Shown here piece after piece: positions 25,205 to 34,556 of a stretch of 52,965 nucleotides of DNA (its first letter is position 1; each line of letters starts with the position of its first letter). The notes under the pieces were generated by a model that was not told where the DNA came from, ran no database searches, and worked only from the letters and a program-made list of their open reading frames with translations. This stretch comes from an uncultured Bacilli bacterium (GTDB taxonomy: Bacteria > Bacillota_I > Bacilli_A > RF39 > UBA660). The translations under genes were made by a program, and so were the position numbers. The stretch lies in contig CANRPF010000006.1 in NCBI GenBank assembly GCA_947632375.1, positions 1 to 52,965 of the forward strand. Direction: 5' to 3'.

Positions 25205-27542
25205 TATTAAAAATGAATTAGGAACAAATTTTATAGAATATGCTGTTGCAGTTAATACAGACAGATCTATTCCCGATGCCAAATGTGGTCTTAAACCTGT
25301 AGCAAAAAGAATACTTTGGTCATCTTTTGAAGAAGGAAGAACTTCAAATAGGCCTCATGTTAAATCAGCTAGGATTGTTGGTGATGTTATGGGTAAGTAT
25401 CATCCACATGGAGACTCATCTATATATGGCGCAATGGTTAGATTGTCACAGCCATGGGTTATGCGTTATCCATTGATAGATTGGCATGGTAATAATGGTA
25501 ATATTGCAGGTGATGGTCCCGCTGCACAACGTTATACAGAATCAAGACTTGCAAAGATTGCTGAGGATGGATTATTAGCTGGTATTAAAAAACGTAATAT
25601 TGAATTTATGCCAAATTATTCTGAAGATGCTGAAGAGCCTGTCACGCTTCCATCCATCTTTCCAAATCTCCTGTGTAATCCAAATAGCGGTATTGGCGTC
25701 GCAATGGCATGCAGCTGGTTACCTCATAACTTAAAAGAAGTTGCAAATGCAATATTTGATTATATAGATGGTAAAGAACCGATGTTACCTGGACCAGACT
25801 TTCCAACAGGAGGAATCATTATAAATAAAAATGATATTCCAAATATTATTAAAACTGGTCATGGTAGTGTAAAAGTAAGAGGAAAATATAAAATAGAGAA
25901 ACAAAATATTGTATTTTATGAGATTCCTTATGGGACTAGCATTGAAGGATTATTAACAGAGATCGCAGAAGTCTGTGGCGGAGATAAAAAAGAGATTGAT
26001 GGTGTTATAGAAGTAAGAGATGAAAGTAATAAGAAAGGATTAAGAATTGTTATTCAATGTGCGAAGGACGTTAATCCTGATTCAATAGCAAATCAGCTAT
26101 TTATGAAAACTAATTTGCAAACATCTATTTCTTATAATCAAGTAGCATTAGTTGATAAGACACCAACCGAATTAAATCTTAATGATTGTATTAAGATTTA
26201 TCTTACTCATAACCAAGATTGTTTGATTAAGGAAACTCAATATGACCTCGAAAAAGCGGAAGCCCGAAAAGAAATTGTTGATGGATTATTAAGGGCTTTG
26301 TTGTCTATTGATGAAATTATTGCTTTCATTAAGGCAAGTGAATCATCAACAGCAGCAAAAGAGGGATTGATTAAAAAATATGGTTTTACGGAAAATCAAG
26401 CAAAAGCAATTTTAGCTATGAGATTATCAAGTCTTGCTAAACTAGAGAGTGTTGAATTAAACAATGAAAAAGCAGAACTTGAGAATAATATTGAAGAATG
26501 GAGTAAAATAATTGTTGATTCTGAAAAACAAATAGCAATTATTAAAGAAAGATTAACTTCTATTGTAAAAAAATATGGTGATGATAGAAGAACAGAATTA
26601 GCCCAAATTGAGATACCAAAAGAAGAAAAAGCTGTTAAAGCTATTATACCAGAAGATGTCGTTATAATATTTTCACAAACTGGAGATATTAAAAGAGTCT
26701 CTAAAAAGAGCTTTAAGGTACAACGTAAAAATGGTAAAGGAGTAAAAAGCGTTGATGAAGCTATCTTGACAACAATCTCTACAAATACTGTGGATACTTT
26801 AATGTTATTTACTTCAAAAGGAAGAATGTTTAGATTGTTTGTAGATGATGTTCCTGTTGGTACAAATGTATCAAAAGGAGTAAAAGTAAATACTTTAATT
26901 GATTTAGACAATGATGAAAAAGTAATTGCTTTAACTTCTTTATATAAAGATAGCAACGCTGAATATGTTATATTCTTTACAAAAAATGGTTTAATTAAAA
27001 AGACTAAATTGGAAGAATATACAAAGTTAAAGAAAAGTACGGGAGTAATTGCGATTAATCTAAAAGATGGAGATTCATTAGCTAATGTAACATTCTTAAA
27101 TGATGAAGAAGTAATAGTGGTAACAAAGCAAGGTATGTCTATCCACTTTCCAACAAATGATATATCTCCAATAGGAAGGGTAACTGCGGGAGTCCGGTCA
27201 ATAAAGCTTGAACCGGAAGACGAAGTAATTATTGGCTTACCTATTCATAAGAATAGTGACACTCTATCATTATTTACAACTAATGGATATGCTAAAAAGA
27301 TTTCACTTGAAGATTGTCCATTCCAGTTGAGAGCAGGAAAAGGTGTATGTGCTTATAAAGTAAATCAAACTATTGGTAATGTAGTTGGCGCTGCTATGAT
27401 TGATAATAATGATGATATATTATTAGTTGGATTACCGAACTCAATTTGTGTGTCAGCGACAGATGTTCCAATTATGAGCAGAATAAGTAATGGAAATATT
27501 ATAATAAAGAATAGTAAAATAACATCAGTTGTCAAGTTATAA
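25194..27542 (+). CDS. Type IIA topoisomerase DNA breakage-reunion subunit (GyrA/ParC or T4 gp52-like)
   Basis: LKPVAKRILW, HPHGDSSIY and the active-site Tyr motif PAAQRYTESRL. C-terminal beta-pinwheel-like repeats. Confidence 0.85.
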   Translation: MQNDIKNELGTNFIEYAVAVNTDRSIPDAKCGLKPVAKRILWSSFEEGRTSNRPHVKSARIVGDVMGKYHPHGDSSIYGAMVRLSQPWVMRYPLIDWHGNNGNIAGDGPAAQRYTESRLAKIAEDGLLAGIKKRNIEFMPNYSEDAEEPVTLPSIFPNLLCNPNSGIGVAMACSWLPHNLKEVANAIFDYIDGKEPMLPGPDFPTGGIIINKNDIPNIIKTGHGSVKVRGKYKIEKQNIVFYEIPYGTSIEGLLTEIAEVCGGDKKEIDGVIEVRDESNKKGLRIVIQCAKDVNPDSIANQLFMKTNLQTSISYNQVALVDKTPTELNLNDCIKIYLTHNQDCLIKETQYDLEKAEARKEIVDGLLRALLSIDEIIAFIKASESSTAAKEGLIKKYGFTENQAKAILAMRLSSLAKLESVELNNEKAELENNIEEWSKIIVDSEKQIAIIKERLTSIVKKYGDDRRTELAQIEIPKEEKAVKAIIPEDVVIIFSQTGDIKRVSKKSFKVQRKNGKGVKSVDEAILTTISTNTVDTLMLFTSKGRMFRLFVDDVPVGTNVSKGVKVNTLIDLDNDEKVIALTSLYKDSNAEYVIFFTKNGLIKKTKLEEYTKLKKSTGVIAINLKDGDSLANVTFLNDEEVIVVTKQGMSIHFPTNDISPIGRVTAGVRSIKLEPEDEVIIGLPIHKNSDTLSLFTTNGYAKKISLEDCPFQLRAGKGVCAYKVNQTIGNVVGAAMIDNNDDILLVGLPNSICVSATDVPIMSRISNGNIIIKNSKITSVVKL

Positions 27543-27556
27543 TACTTGACAACTGG
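27527..27556. repeat. Perfect 12-bp inverted repeat CAGTTGTCAAGT-TATAAT-ACTTGACAACTG
   Basis: Arms at 27527-27538 and 27545-27556. Overlaps the stop codon of the topoisomerase A-subunit gene and the -35 hexamer of the next promoter. Confidence 0.8.
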
Positions 27557-27574
27557 TTAAATTTGAGGTATAAT
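27547..27574 (+). promoter_or_regulatory. Promoter TTGACA-16-TATAAT; the -35 lies inside a 12-bp perfect inverted repeat
   Basis: Consensus hexamers. Downstream ATG at 27579 implies a leaderless transcript. Confidence 0.6.
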
Positions 27575-27578
27575 ATAA

Positions 27579-27821
27579 ATGGACAAAAAGAAATATAAAA
27601 TAAAAGTACCAGTAGGTTGGATAATGGGTTATTTAAGGTATGGCCATTTTGAAGGCATTGTAGAATTGACAGATAAAACTGTTGAAGCAATAAATAGTGG
27701 TAGTGTATTTGTAAAGGATTTTTGTAGAGAATATTTAGATTTAGTTGTTGATGACTATAGAGTAGAGGATTATGGCGATATAGGAGATATAGAGTTGGAG
27801 GAGATAAAAGATGTTCGATAA
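27579..27821 (+). CDS. Hypothetical protein (probably leaderless mRNA)
   Basis: The ATG lies 5 nt after the -10 hexamer of the TTGACA-16-TATAAT promoter. No RBS is possible. Confidence 0.3.
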   Translation: MDKKKYKIKVPVGWIMGYLRYGHFEGIVELTDKTVEAINSGSVFVKDFCREYLDLVVDDYRVEDYGDIGDIELEEIKDVR

Positions 27822-28926
27822 AGCAAAAATTGAGGAATTATATCCTGAAGCAGTAATGATTCCAGCTATGAAAATTCATGCAAGTACAGATTCTCAATTA
27901 AGAGCAGCTTGTGATAGTGGAGATTATTTTGGCCAGCTTAAAAAAGATGGATACTGGTATCAATTTGAAAAACATGAACATTATTCTTATCTCTTTTCTC
28001 GTAGCACAAGTAAAAAGACTGGCTTACAAGCAGAGAAACTAGCCAATGTACCACATATCGCGGAGGCTTTATCAGTTTTACCTAAAGATACTATTCTTGT
28101 GGGTGAAATCTACTATCCTGGCGGCAGCTCAAAGACAACCACTGAGATTATGGGATGTCTACCAGCTAGAGCTGTGGAGCGTCAAGCGGGTTCCCGCGGT
28201 TTGATTCATTATTATCTTCATGATATTTTAATGTATGATGGAGTTAATTTAGTTGATAATCAAGTAGGAAATGAATTGCGTTATAAAATTCTTGAAAAGG
28301 TATTCCACCTTTATTCTCTTGATAAGTATGACTTCTTAGAATTAGCAGAAGTATGGTATGATGATTTATATGCTAAAGTTGGTGATGCTCTAGCTTCTGG
28401 TGAAGAAGGTATGGTTATTAAAAAGAAAACTGGATTATATGAACCAGATAAAAGACCAGACACTAATCTTAAAGCTAAAAAAGTAGATTTTGCAGATGTG
28501 GTTATTATTGGTTTTGAAGAACCAACAAAAGAATATTATGGAAAAGAAATAGAATCTTGGCAATATTGGATTTGTGTAGACCCTGCTAATCCTATTAGAT
28601 TTGAAGGTAATGGTTATGAAGGTTATCTCAATGGAGAATTATATCCAGCAACAAAACCATATTATATGGGTTGGTATAATTCTCGCATTAGAATAGGTGC
28701 ATATGATAATAATGGAAATATGCACGAAATTGGTATTATTCATTCTGGCATTTCTGATGAAATGAAAAAGGATATGAGTGAACATCCAGATAAATATTTG
28801 AATCATGTTTGTTCTATTCAAATGATGGAGAAGGATTCTATTGCTAAAACAATTAGGCATGGTTTTTATAAACATATGCGTGATGATAAAGATGCTAGTG
28901 AGTGTAAATTGAGTGAAATTTTTTGA
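27811..28926 (+). CDS. ATP-dependent DNA ligase
   Basis: Motif I LKKDGYW (KxDG). Motif EGMVIKK. C-terminal OB-like region. Confidence 0.8.
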   Translation: MFDKAKIEELYPEAVMIPAMKIHASTDSQLRAACDSGDYFGQLKKDGYWYQFEKHEHYSYLFSRSTSKKTGLQAEKLANVPHIAEALSVLPKDTILVGEIYYPGGSSKTTTEIMGCLPARAVERQAGSRGLIHYYLHDILMYDGVNLVDNQVGNELRYKILEKVFHLYSLDKYDFLELAEVWYDDLYAKVGDALASGEEGMVIKKKTGLYEPDKRPDTNLKAKKVDFADVVIIGFEEPTKEYYGKEIESWQYWICVDPANPIRFEGNGYEGYLNGELYPATKPYYMGWYNSRIRIGAYDNNGNMHEIGIIHSGISDEMKKDMSEHPDKYLNHVCSIQMMEKDSIAKTIRHGFYKHMRDDKDASECKLSEIF

Positions 28927-28951
28927 CTATTTTGAAAATTTTTGATATAAT
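28923..28951 (+). promoter_or_regulatory. Promoter TTGACT-17-TGaTATAAT (leaderless gene 28958)
   Basis: Hexamers at 28923-28928 and 28946-28951. Confidence 0.6.
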
Positions 28952-28957
28952 AGTCAT

Positions 28958-29149
28958 ATGAAAAATAAACATAGAACTTTTATAAGAAAAAAAGCTCTAC
29001 AAATAGTAGAGCTGGAACAAGAGATACTTTTGGGCAAAAATGTTCAAGAGAATAAGCAGAAAATTCAATATATTATGTCCACCCTTTCAATAGAAGATAT
29101 GTTTCTATTAGATGATTATATTAGTAGAAATAAACTGTTGACTAGATAA
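28958..29149 (+). CDS. Hypothetical protein (probably leaderless mRNA)
   Basis: The ATG lies 7 nt after the -10 of the TTGACT-17-TGaTATAAT promoter at 28923-28951. Confidence 0.3.
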   Translation: MKNKHRTFIRKKALQIVELEQEILLGKNVQENKQKIQYIMSTLSIEDMFLLDDYISRNKLLTR

Positions 29150-29166
29150 AAAATTTTTGATATAAT
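29138..29166 (+). promoter_or_regulatory. Promoter TTGACT-17-TGaTATAAT for the small winged-helix gene
   Basis: Hexamers at 29138-29143 and 29161-29166. Confidence 0.6.
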
Positions 29167-29213
29167 ATATGTATAAAATAAAATAAATAAATTTATAAGG
29201 AGATTAGATTATT

Positions 29214-29495
29214 ATGGCAGTTTTAAAAGAGAATAGCCGCAAGGTATTTGATTATGTAAAGAGTTTGGGTCCAGATGACCACGTAACAGCAGCAGATATT
29301 GCTGAAGCAACTGGATTGGAAACAAAGCAGGTTAATGGTATTGTAACTTCAGCTTTCCAGAGAAAGGGTTTGATGGAGAGAGTTCCCGCTGAGATTCAGC
29401 TTGAAGATGGAACACATAAGCCTGTTAAATTCATTAAGATGACAGCTGCTGGTATGGCTTTCGACCCAGATGCTGAGCCTGAAAAAGCAGAGTAA
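29214..29495 (+). CDS. Small winged-helix DNA-binding protein, likely highly expressed
   Basis: 93 aa. ADIAEATGLETKQVNGIVTS helix-turn-helix. Own promoter, strong RBS taaggag and own terminator. Noticeably less AT-biased codon usage. Confidence 0.4.
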   Translation: MAVLKENSRKVFDYVKSLGPDDHVTAADIAEATGLETKQVNGIVTSAFQRKGLMERVPAEIQLEDGTHKPVKFIKMTAAGMAFDPDAEPEKAE

Positions 29496-29508
29496 TATAG
29501 ATTATTAT

Positions 29509-29546
29509 GGGTTAAGTTAATTGATAACTTAACCCTATTTTTTTAA
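29509..29546 (+). terminator. Intrinsic terminator
   Basis: gggttaagtt ... aacttaaccc 10-bp stem then T8. Confidence 0.7.
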
Positions 29547-29562
29547 CTGAAAGGGTGAGATA

Positions 29563-30522
29563 ATGAATCTTATAACTCTTTTTGGTATTATTCTTTTAGG
29601 CTTTGGTATACTACTTATTATTATCAGTATAAAATATATAAATAAAGCCCAAAATATGATAAATACCAAAGAACAAAATTTACAAAAAGAAAGAGAAGAA
29701 AAAAGACAATTACAGAGTGAAATTTCTATTCTTTTACAAAATAAAACTGAGTTAATTGAAAGTATAAATGCTAATAGAAAAAAGAATGAAGAAGAATATG
29801 AAAATTCTAAAAAAATCATTTCTGAACAAATAAATTTTTATAGAGAAAATGCTCAAAATGCAAGCATTGCTTATATAGAAAATCTTGAAAAAGAATACAC
29901 AAAAGCTGAACAAAAATATTTGCAGCGTAAACAAGAACTTATTGCTAAACAAGAGCAAATAGAAAAAGATATAGAAGACGCGGGCGCCAGGTTTATGGCG
30001 CTTAAGAGCAAGATAAATGCTGCCACTGAGGCGCAGCTCCGCGAACGCGAAAAAGAAGAAAAATTAGATTTTTATAAATTGTCTGTTTCTTCTATTGATT
30101 TAGATGATATACAAAAACTAGAATCTGTAAAACTAATGTTACATAATCCAGTTATATTAAGTAAGTTAATATGGTCTACGTACTTTCAAAAACAAACTAC
30201 TGAAATGTGTAATAGGATTCTAGGTTCAAATAAAATATGTGGTATTTATAAAATAACTAATATTAAAACACATCAATGTTATGTTGGACAAAGTGTTGAT
30301 GTAGCACAGAGATGGAAAGACCATTGTAAATGTGGATTAGGTATAGAGGCTTCTGCTACAAATAAATTATATAATGCTATGCAAAAAGATGGTATATGGA
30401 ACTTTACTTTTGAATTATTGGAAGAATGTCCACGAGAGCAATTAAATGAAGCTGAAAAACGATGGATTGAGATTTATAAGGCAAGTGAGTTAGGATATAA
30501 TAGTACCATAGGAAATAAATAA
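29563..30522 (+). CDS. Membrane-anchored coiled-coil protein with C-terminal GIY-YIG-superfamily (T5orf172-like) nuclease domain; DUF4041-like architecture
   Basis: N-terminal TM helix, about 170 aa coiled coil, then GIYKITNIKTHQCYVGQSVDVAQRW ... RWIEIYKASELGYN. Confidence 0.6.
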   Translation: MNLITLFGIILLGFGILLIIISIKYINKAQNMINTKEQNLQKEREEKRQLQSEISILLQNKTELIESINANRKKNEEEYENSKKIISEQINFYRENAQNASIAYIENLEKEYTKAEQKYLQRKQELIAKQEQIEKDIEDAGARFMALKSKINAATEAQLREREKEEKLDFYKLSVSSIDLDDIQKLESVKLMLHNPVILSKLIWSTYFQKQTTEMCNRILGSNKICGIYKITNIKTHQCYVGQSVDVAQRWKDHCKCGLGIEASATNKLYNAMQKDGIWNFTFELLEECPREQLNEAEKRWIEIYKASELGYNSTIGNK

Positions 30523-30534
30523 GGAGATAAAAGG

Positions 30535-31341
30535 ATGAAATTTGGAAACACTAAAGTTTATAATTTTGAAGGTGCATTTCATGGAATGAGGAATCCAATG
30601 AATAGCTGGGATAAATCAGATAGTGTTTTTGGTATTATCAATACAGATTATGATGAATATTCCTGGGATGTTTTGGAAGCGTGGATAAAAAGAAACCATT
30701 CAGAAATTGAAGATATTGAAGAAGCTGATATAAAATATCCAGAAGAAGTAAATTATATTGATGAATGGTTAATGAAAAATGGTATTTTACGTGAGTCAGA
30801 AGATGATTATTTAGCTGATGTAGCATTTATTGGTCCAGCTGATATGGAACTTGCACAACGTCTAGTGCGTTCAGGACCTGAACACCGCAAGTTTTTACGT
30901 CAAATTATGGTTTCTGTTGATATTACTGCTCCGCTCTATTGGTGGAAAGAGTTTGATACTTATAAAGTTGGAACAACAGCTAATAGTACATCAACTATGC
31001 ATAAACTAGCTTCTACCCCTATTACTATTGATTGTTTTGAAACTGATGATATGATTGAAAATAATCTATTAGAAGATTTTGTTCCTTTATTAGAAAAAGT
31101 AAGAACTCTTTATAATACTACAAAAGATAAAAAATATTGGAAAGAATTAGTTAGAGCGCTTCCTGAATCTTGGTTACAAACACGTACAGTTACAATGAAC
31201 TATGAAAATATTTTATCTATTTGCAATCAAAGATGTGGTCATAAATTAACAGAATGGCAAGCATTTATCACTTGGGCTAAAGAACTTCCATATGCCAAAT
31301 CTTTAATATTCTATAATGAAAATGATACAATAACATCATAA
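30535..31341 (+). CDS. Hypothetical protein (weak ThyX-like block)
   Basis: 268 aa. Segment EHRKFLRQIMVSVDITAPLYWWKEF loosely resembles the ThyX FEH...APIFVARQW region but lacks the RHR/SxRY signature. Confidence 0.3.
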   Translation: MKFGNTKVYNFEGAFHGMRNPMNSWDKSDSVFGIINTDYDEYSWDVLEAWIKRNHSEIEDIEEADIKYPEEVNYIDEWLMKNGILRESEDDYLADVAFIGPADMELAQRLVRSGPEHRKFLRQIMVSVDITAPLYWWKEFDTYKVGTTANSTSTMHKLASTPITIDCFETDDMIENNLLEDFVPLLEKVRTLYNTTKDKKYWKELVRALPESWLQTRTVTMNYENILSICNQRCGHKLTEWQAFITWAKELPYAKSLIFYNENDTITS

Positions 31342-31369
31342 AACATAATAAACTTAAATGCAATTTTAC

Positions 31370-31397
31370 TTGATTTTACTAAATAATTATGATATAA
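31370..31397 (+). promoter_or_regulatory. Promoter TTGATT-16-TGaTATAAT
   Basis: Upstream of the MarR-like gene. Confidence 0.5.
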
Positions 31398-31430
31398 TAT
31401 AAGTATAATAATAAAGGATAGGTAAAATCA

Positions 31431-31811
31431 ATGACAAATAAAGAAGCATTTATTAAAATTGTTCAAAATGAAATTTTTGATAGACCAGATATTTATGTAG
31501 AAAATTATGAAGAAGAATTTGAATTAGCCCTAAGTTATTTTAATAATTTGAAAAATAGCAAAGCCAAAGAATTACCAATTATAACAGAAAATGGAAAAAA
31601 GGTTTTATCTTTTATGCAAGGGAATAAAGACAAATATAATAATATTTTTAAAGCAAAAGATATAGCAGAAGGATTATTTATTTCTTCCCACTCTGTTTCT
31701 GGGTCAATGAAGAAACTTATTACAGAAGGCTTTGTTAATAAAATTGGCCAAGAGCCAGTTACATATTGTATTACAAATAAAGGTTTAGAAATGCAATTAG
31801 ATGAAATTTGA
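31431..31811 (+). CDS. MarR-like winged-helix transcription regulator
   Basis: 126 aa. AKDIAEGLFISSHSVSGSMKKLITEGFV is a recognition-helix-like segment. Confidence 0.4.
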   Translation: MTNKEAFIKIVQNEIFDRPDIYVENYEEEFELALSYFNNLKNSKAKELPIITENGKKVLSFMQGNKDKYNNIFKAKDIAEGLFISSHSVSGSMKKLITEGFVNKIGQEPVTYCITNKGLEMQLDEI

Positions 31812-31836
31812 CACGTTTAAAAAATTATGATATAAT
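31808..31836 (+). promoter_or_regulatory. Promoter TTGACA-17-TGaTATAAT for the SSB/Sak4 operon
   Basis: Consensus -35 overlapping the stop of the upstream gene. Confidence 0.6.
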
Positions 31837-31881
31837 TATTTTATAATAAAGTTGAGAACAAATTATATAAGGAGAATTTAT

Positions 31882-32847
31882 ATGCGCAAGAATACGAATA
31901 CAGAACATATTGAAGGTAGAATTTATGAACATAATTTAGTAGTTAAAACAGTGCAAAATCAGAAGTCAGATAACTTTGGTAAAGAATTTATCTCAGGAAC
32001 TATTGATGTTGCAACTGATGAAGAAGGATTAAATGTTCTCCAGGTTCATTTTACATATGTGACTCCAACTACAAAAGCGGGCGGAGTAAATAATACTTAT
32101 AATGCATTAAAGAAAATTATTAACGAAGGACAAAGTTGGATTACAAGTGGCAAAGATGCAGCAACAAAGGTTAAGATTGATACTGCTCTTGCTTTGAATG
32201 ATTTCTATGCACAAGATGATACATTGGTGTCAGTAAAGCGTAATGAAGGTGGTTTTGTTACACTTGTTAATGATTTATCACAGGATTTAAATGAGAGAAA
32301 TAAATTCACTACAGATATGGTTATTACAAATGTAACAATGATTGAAGCGGATGAAGAAAAGCATATTGATGAGGCTTATATGTCTGTAAGAGGTGCAGTA
32401 TTTAACTTCAGAAATGATATTTTACCTGTTGAATTTGTTGTTCGCAATCCTGCTGGTATGAAATATTTTGATAATCTTGATGCTAGTCCATCTAATCCAG
32501 TATATACAAAGGTTTGGGGTAGAATTATGTGTACTACAACAGAAATCCAAAGCATGGAAGAATCTGCTTTTGGCGAAAGTGTAGTGCATACCACTTCAAG
32601 AAAAGCAAAAGAATGGGTTATTACAGGTGCAGCTAAAAATCCGTATGAATTTGGTGAAGATAATGTTTTAACTGCGGATGAATTAACGAAAGCTATGCAG
32701 AACAGAGAAGTAAGATTAGCAGAAATTAAAAAGAATAGTGATGAATATAAAGCTGCTCGTGCTGCTAATGTAGATTCTGCTTTCTCTGCTGGGAATGTGA
32801 TGAATATTCCTGGAGTGCAGGCACCAACTGGAGGATGGAATTTCTAA
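31882..32847 (+). CDS. Putative phage ssDNA-binding protein (DUF2815-like), partner of Sak4-type ATPase
   Basis: Strong RBS aaggag. Relatively GC-rich codon usage. Immediately upstream of a Sak4-like gene, the usual SSB-Sak4 pairing in Firmicute phages. No diagnostic motif identified. Confidence 0.35.
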   Translation: MRKNTNTEHIEGRIYEHNLVVKTVQNQKSDNFGKEFISGTIDVATDEEGLNVLQVHFTYVTPTTKAGGVNNTYNALKKIINEGQSWITSGKDAATKVKIDTALALNDFYAQDDTLVSVKRNEGGFVTLVNDLSQDLNERNKFTTDMVITNVTMIEADEEKHIDEAYMSVRGAVFNFRNDILPVEFVVRNPAGMKYFDNLDASPSNPVYTKVWGRIMCTTTEIQSMEESAFGESVVHTTSRKAKEWVITGAAKNPYEFGEDNVLTADELTKAMQNREVRLAEIKKNSDEYKAARAANVDSAFSAGNVMNIPGVQAPTGGWNF

Positions 32848-32850
32848 TAC

Positions 32851-32887
32851 ATATGTAAGGGAGCTTTCTCCCTTACATACTTTTATA
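32851..32887 (+). terminator. Intrinsic terminator after the SSB-like gene
   Basis: atgtaagggag-cttt-ctcccttacat stem then T-tract. Confidence 0.65.
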
Positions 32888-32899
32888 AGGAGATAAAGT

Positions 32900-33925
32900 A
32901 TGTTAGATTTATTAAGTATTCAACCACATCAAGTAAGTCGAGACCTAAGAGGATATTCAGTTTTTTTCTATGGTGAGCCTAAATCTGGTAAAACAACTAT
33001 TGCAACTAAATTTCCTAGACATGTATTGTTAGCTTTTGAAAAAGGTTATAATGCAATTCCAGGTGCTATGGCTATGCCAATTAACTCATGGGCTGAATTT
33101 AAGAAAGTATTAAAACAATTAAAAGATGAAGCAGTAAAAGAAAAATTTGAAACAGTCATTATTGATACAGTAGATATTGCTTATGATTTATGTGAAAAAT
33201 ATGTATGTGCTAATGCTAAAAGACCAGATGGTGGCTTTGGTGTAGACGCGATTGGAGATATTCCATTTGGTAAAGGCTATACATTAGTAGCTAAAGAGTT
33301 TGATGAATGTTTAAGAAGCATTGTACAAATGGATTATGGCTTGGTTTTAATTAGTCACGCAGTTGATAAAACATTTACAGATGAGCAAGGACATGAATTT
33401 AATCAGATTGTTCCTACATTAGGCAGCAAACCTCGTAATATTGTTTCAAGAATGTGCGATATTATTGCATATTCAAGGGCAGTCCAAGATGCAGAAGGTA
33501 ATGTATCTACAAAACTCTTTATGCGAGGTACACCGCGTTATGTAGCCGGCAGCCGCTTTAAATATACACCAGATTGTATTAACTTTACATATAATGATTT
33601 GGTTAAAGCTATTGGTGATGCTATTGATAAGCAAATGGCAGAAGATGGACAAGAATATTTTACTGACCAGCATAGTAATTTATATTCAAATGTTGTAGAA
33701 TTAAATTTTGATGAATTATTAAATGAGTTTAATAATCTTGTATCTGATTTAACATCAAAAATAGACGATGACACTTTTAAAGAGTTCTGGTCGCCGCGTA
33801 TTACTCAAATTATTGAGAGATATTTAGGTAAAGGGCAAAAAGTAAATAATATTTCAAGAGAACAAACAGAGGCTCTTGACTTAATTGTTTCAGATTTTAA
33901 AGAACTAATAAAGAATAATTTATAA
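32900..33925 (+). CDS. Sak4-like RecA-fold ATPase (AAA_24 family), single-strand annealing / recombination
   Basis: Walker A GEPKSGKTT near the N-terminus. Walker B VIIDTVD. Overall organisation of phage Sak4 proteins. Confidence 0.7.
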   Translation: MLDLLSIQPHQVSRDLRGYSVFFYGEPKSGKTTIATKFPRHVLLAFEKGYNAIPGAMAMPINSWAEFKKVLKQLKDEAVKEKFETVIIDTVDIAYDLCEKYVCANAKRPDGGFGVDAIGDIPFGKGYTLVAKEFDECLRSIVQMDYGLVLISHAVDKTFTDEQGHEFNQIVPTLGSKPRNIVSRMCDIIAYSRAVQDAEGNVSTKLFMRGTPRYVAGSRFKYTPDCINFTYNDLVKAIGDAIDKQMAEDGQEYFTDQHSNLYSNVVELNFDELLNEFNNLVSDLTSKIDDDTFKEFWSPRITQIIERYLGKGQKVNNISREQTEALDLIVSDFKELIKNNL

Positions 33926-33930
33926 TAATA

Positions 33931-33970
33931 ATGGGGCGTGATTGTTTATCACGTCCCATGTTGATTTTAT
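33931..33970 (+). terminator. Intrinsic terminator after the Sak4-like gene
   Basis: atggggcgtgat ... atcacgtcccat 12-bp stem (one wobble) then GTTGATTTTATT. Confidence 0.65.
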
Positions 33971-33989
33971 TAAAAAAATATGATATAAT
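33961..33989 (+). promoter_or_regulatory. Promoter TTGATT-17-TGaTATAAT for the helicase-primase operon
   Basis: Directly after terminator 33931-33970. Confidence 0.55.
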
Positions 33990-34026
33990 ATTAGTATAGA
34001 TTTTAAATAAATTAGAGGAGTTTTAA

Positions 34027-34545
34027 ATGGCTCACGTTGTAAAATGTAAAGTATGTGGTCAACAATTTGATAGGGATAAAATTCCTTGTATTGCAGTTTC
34101 AGCTAAACGATATGCACATATTAAATGTGCAACAGAAGCTGGACTAAGTGGCCAAAAAATTGAGCCACCTGAAAAAGATAAAGACTTAATTGCTCTTGAA
34201 GATTATATAATGAAATTATTTAATGAAGATTATATAAATGCAAGAATAAAAAAACAAATTAAAGAATATAAAGAAGAATATAACTTTTCTTATAGTGGAA
34301 TACTTAAAACTTTAATTTATTTTTTTGAAATTAGAGGTAATTCAATAGACAAAGCCAATGGTGGTATTGGCATTGTTCCATACATATATAAGGAAGCAAA
34401 TCAATATTATTATAATTTATATTTAGCTAAAATAGCAAACGAACAAAAGGATATAAGTGTATACAAACCAAAAGTAAAATATATTGAAATTGCTCCACCA
34501 AAAGTAGAAAAAAGAAAAATAAGACTATTTAATTTTGATGAATAG
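34027..34545 (+). CDS. Hypothetical zinc-binding protein, possible helicase loader / replisome organiser
   Basis: N-terminal CKVCG...C zinc ribbon. Sits directly upstream of the DnaB-like helicase gene. Confidence 0.3.
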   Translation: MAHVVKCKVCGQQFDRDKIPCIAVSAKRYAHIKCATEAGLSGQKIEPPEKDKDLIALEDYIMKLFNEDYINARIKKQIKEYKEEYNFSYSGILKTLIYFFEIRGNSIDKANGGIGIVPYIYKEANQYYYNLYLAKIANEQKDISVYKPKVKYIEIAPPKVEKRKIRLFNFDE

Positions 34546-34556
34546 AGGTTAAATGT

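Noticed and set aside
26396-26956. 186-aa minus-strand ORF inside the topoisomerase A-subunit gene. Similar minus-strand ORFs lie inside the MVP, polymerase and nrdD genes (7976-8158, 8691-9613, 43737-44142, 48876-49127)
   Set aside because: Antisense shadows within well-supported long genes. Hydrophobic low-complexity translations with no expression signals.
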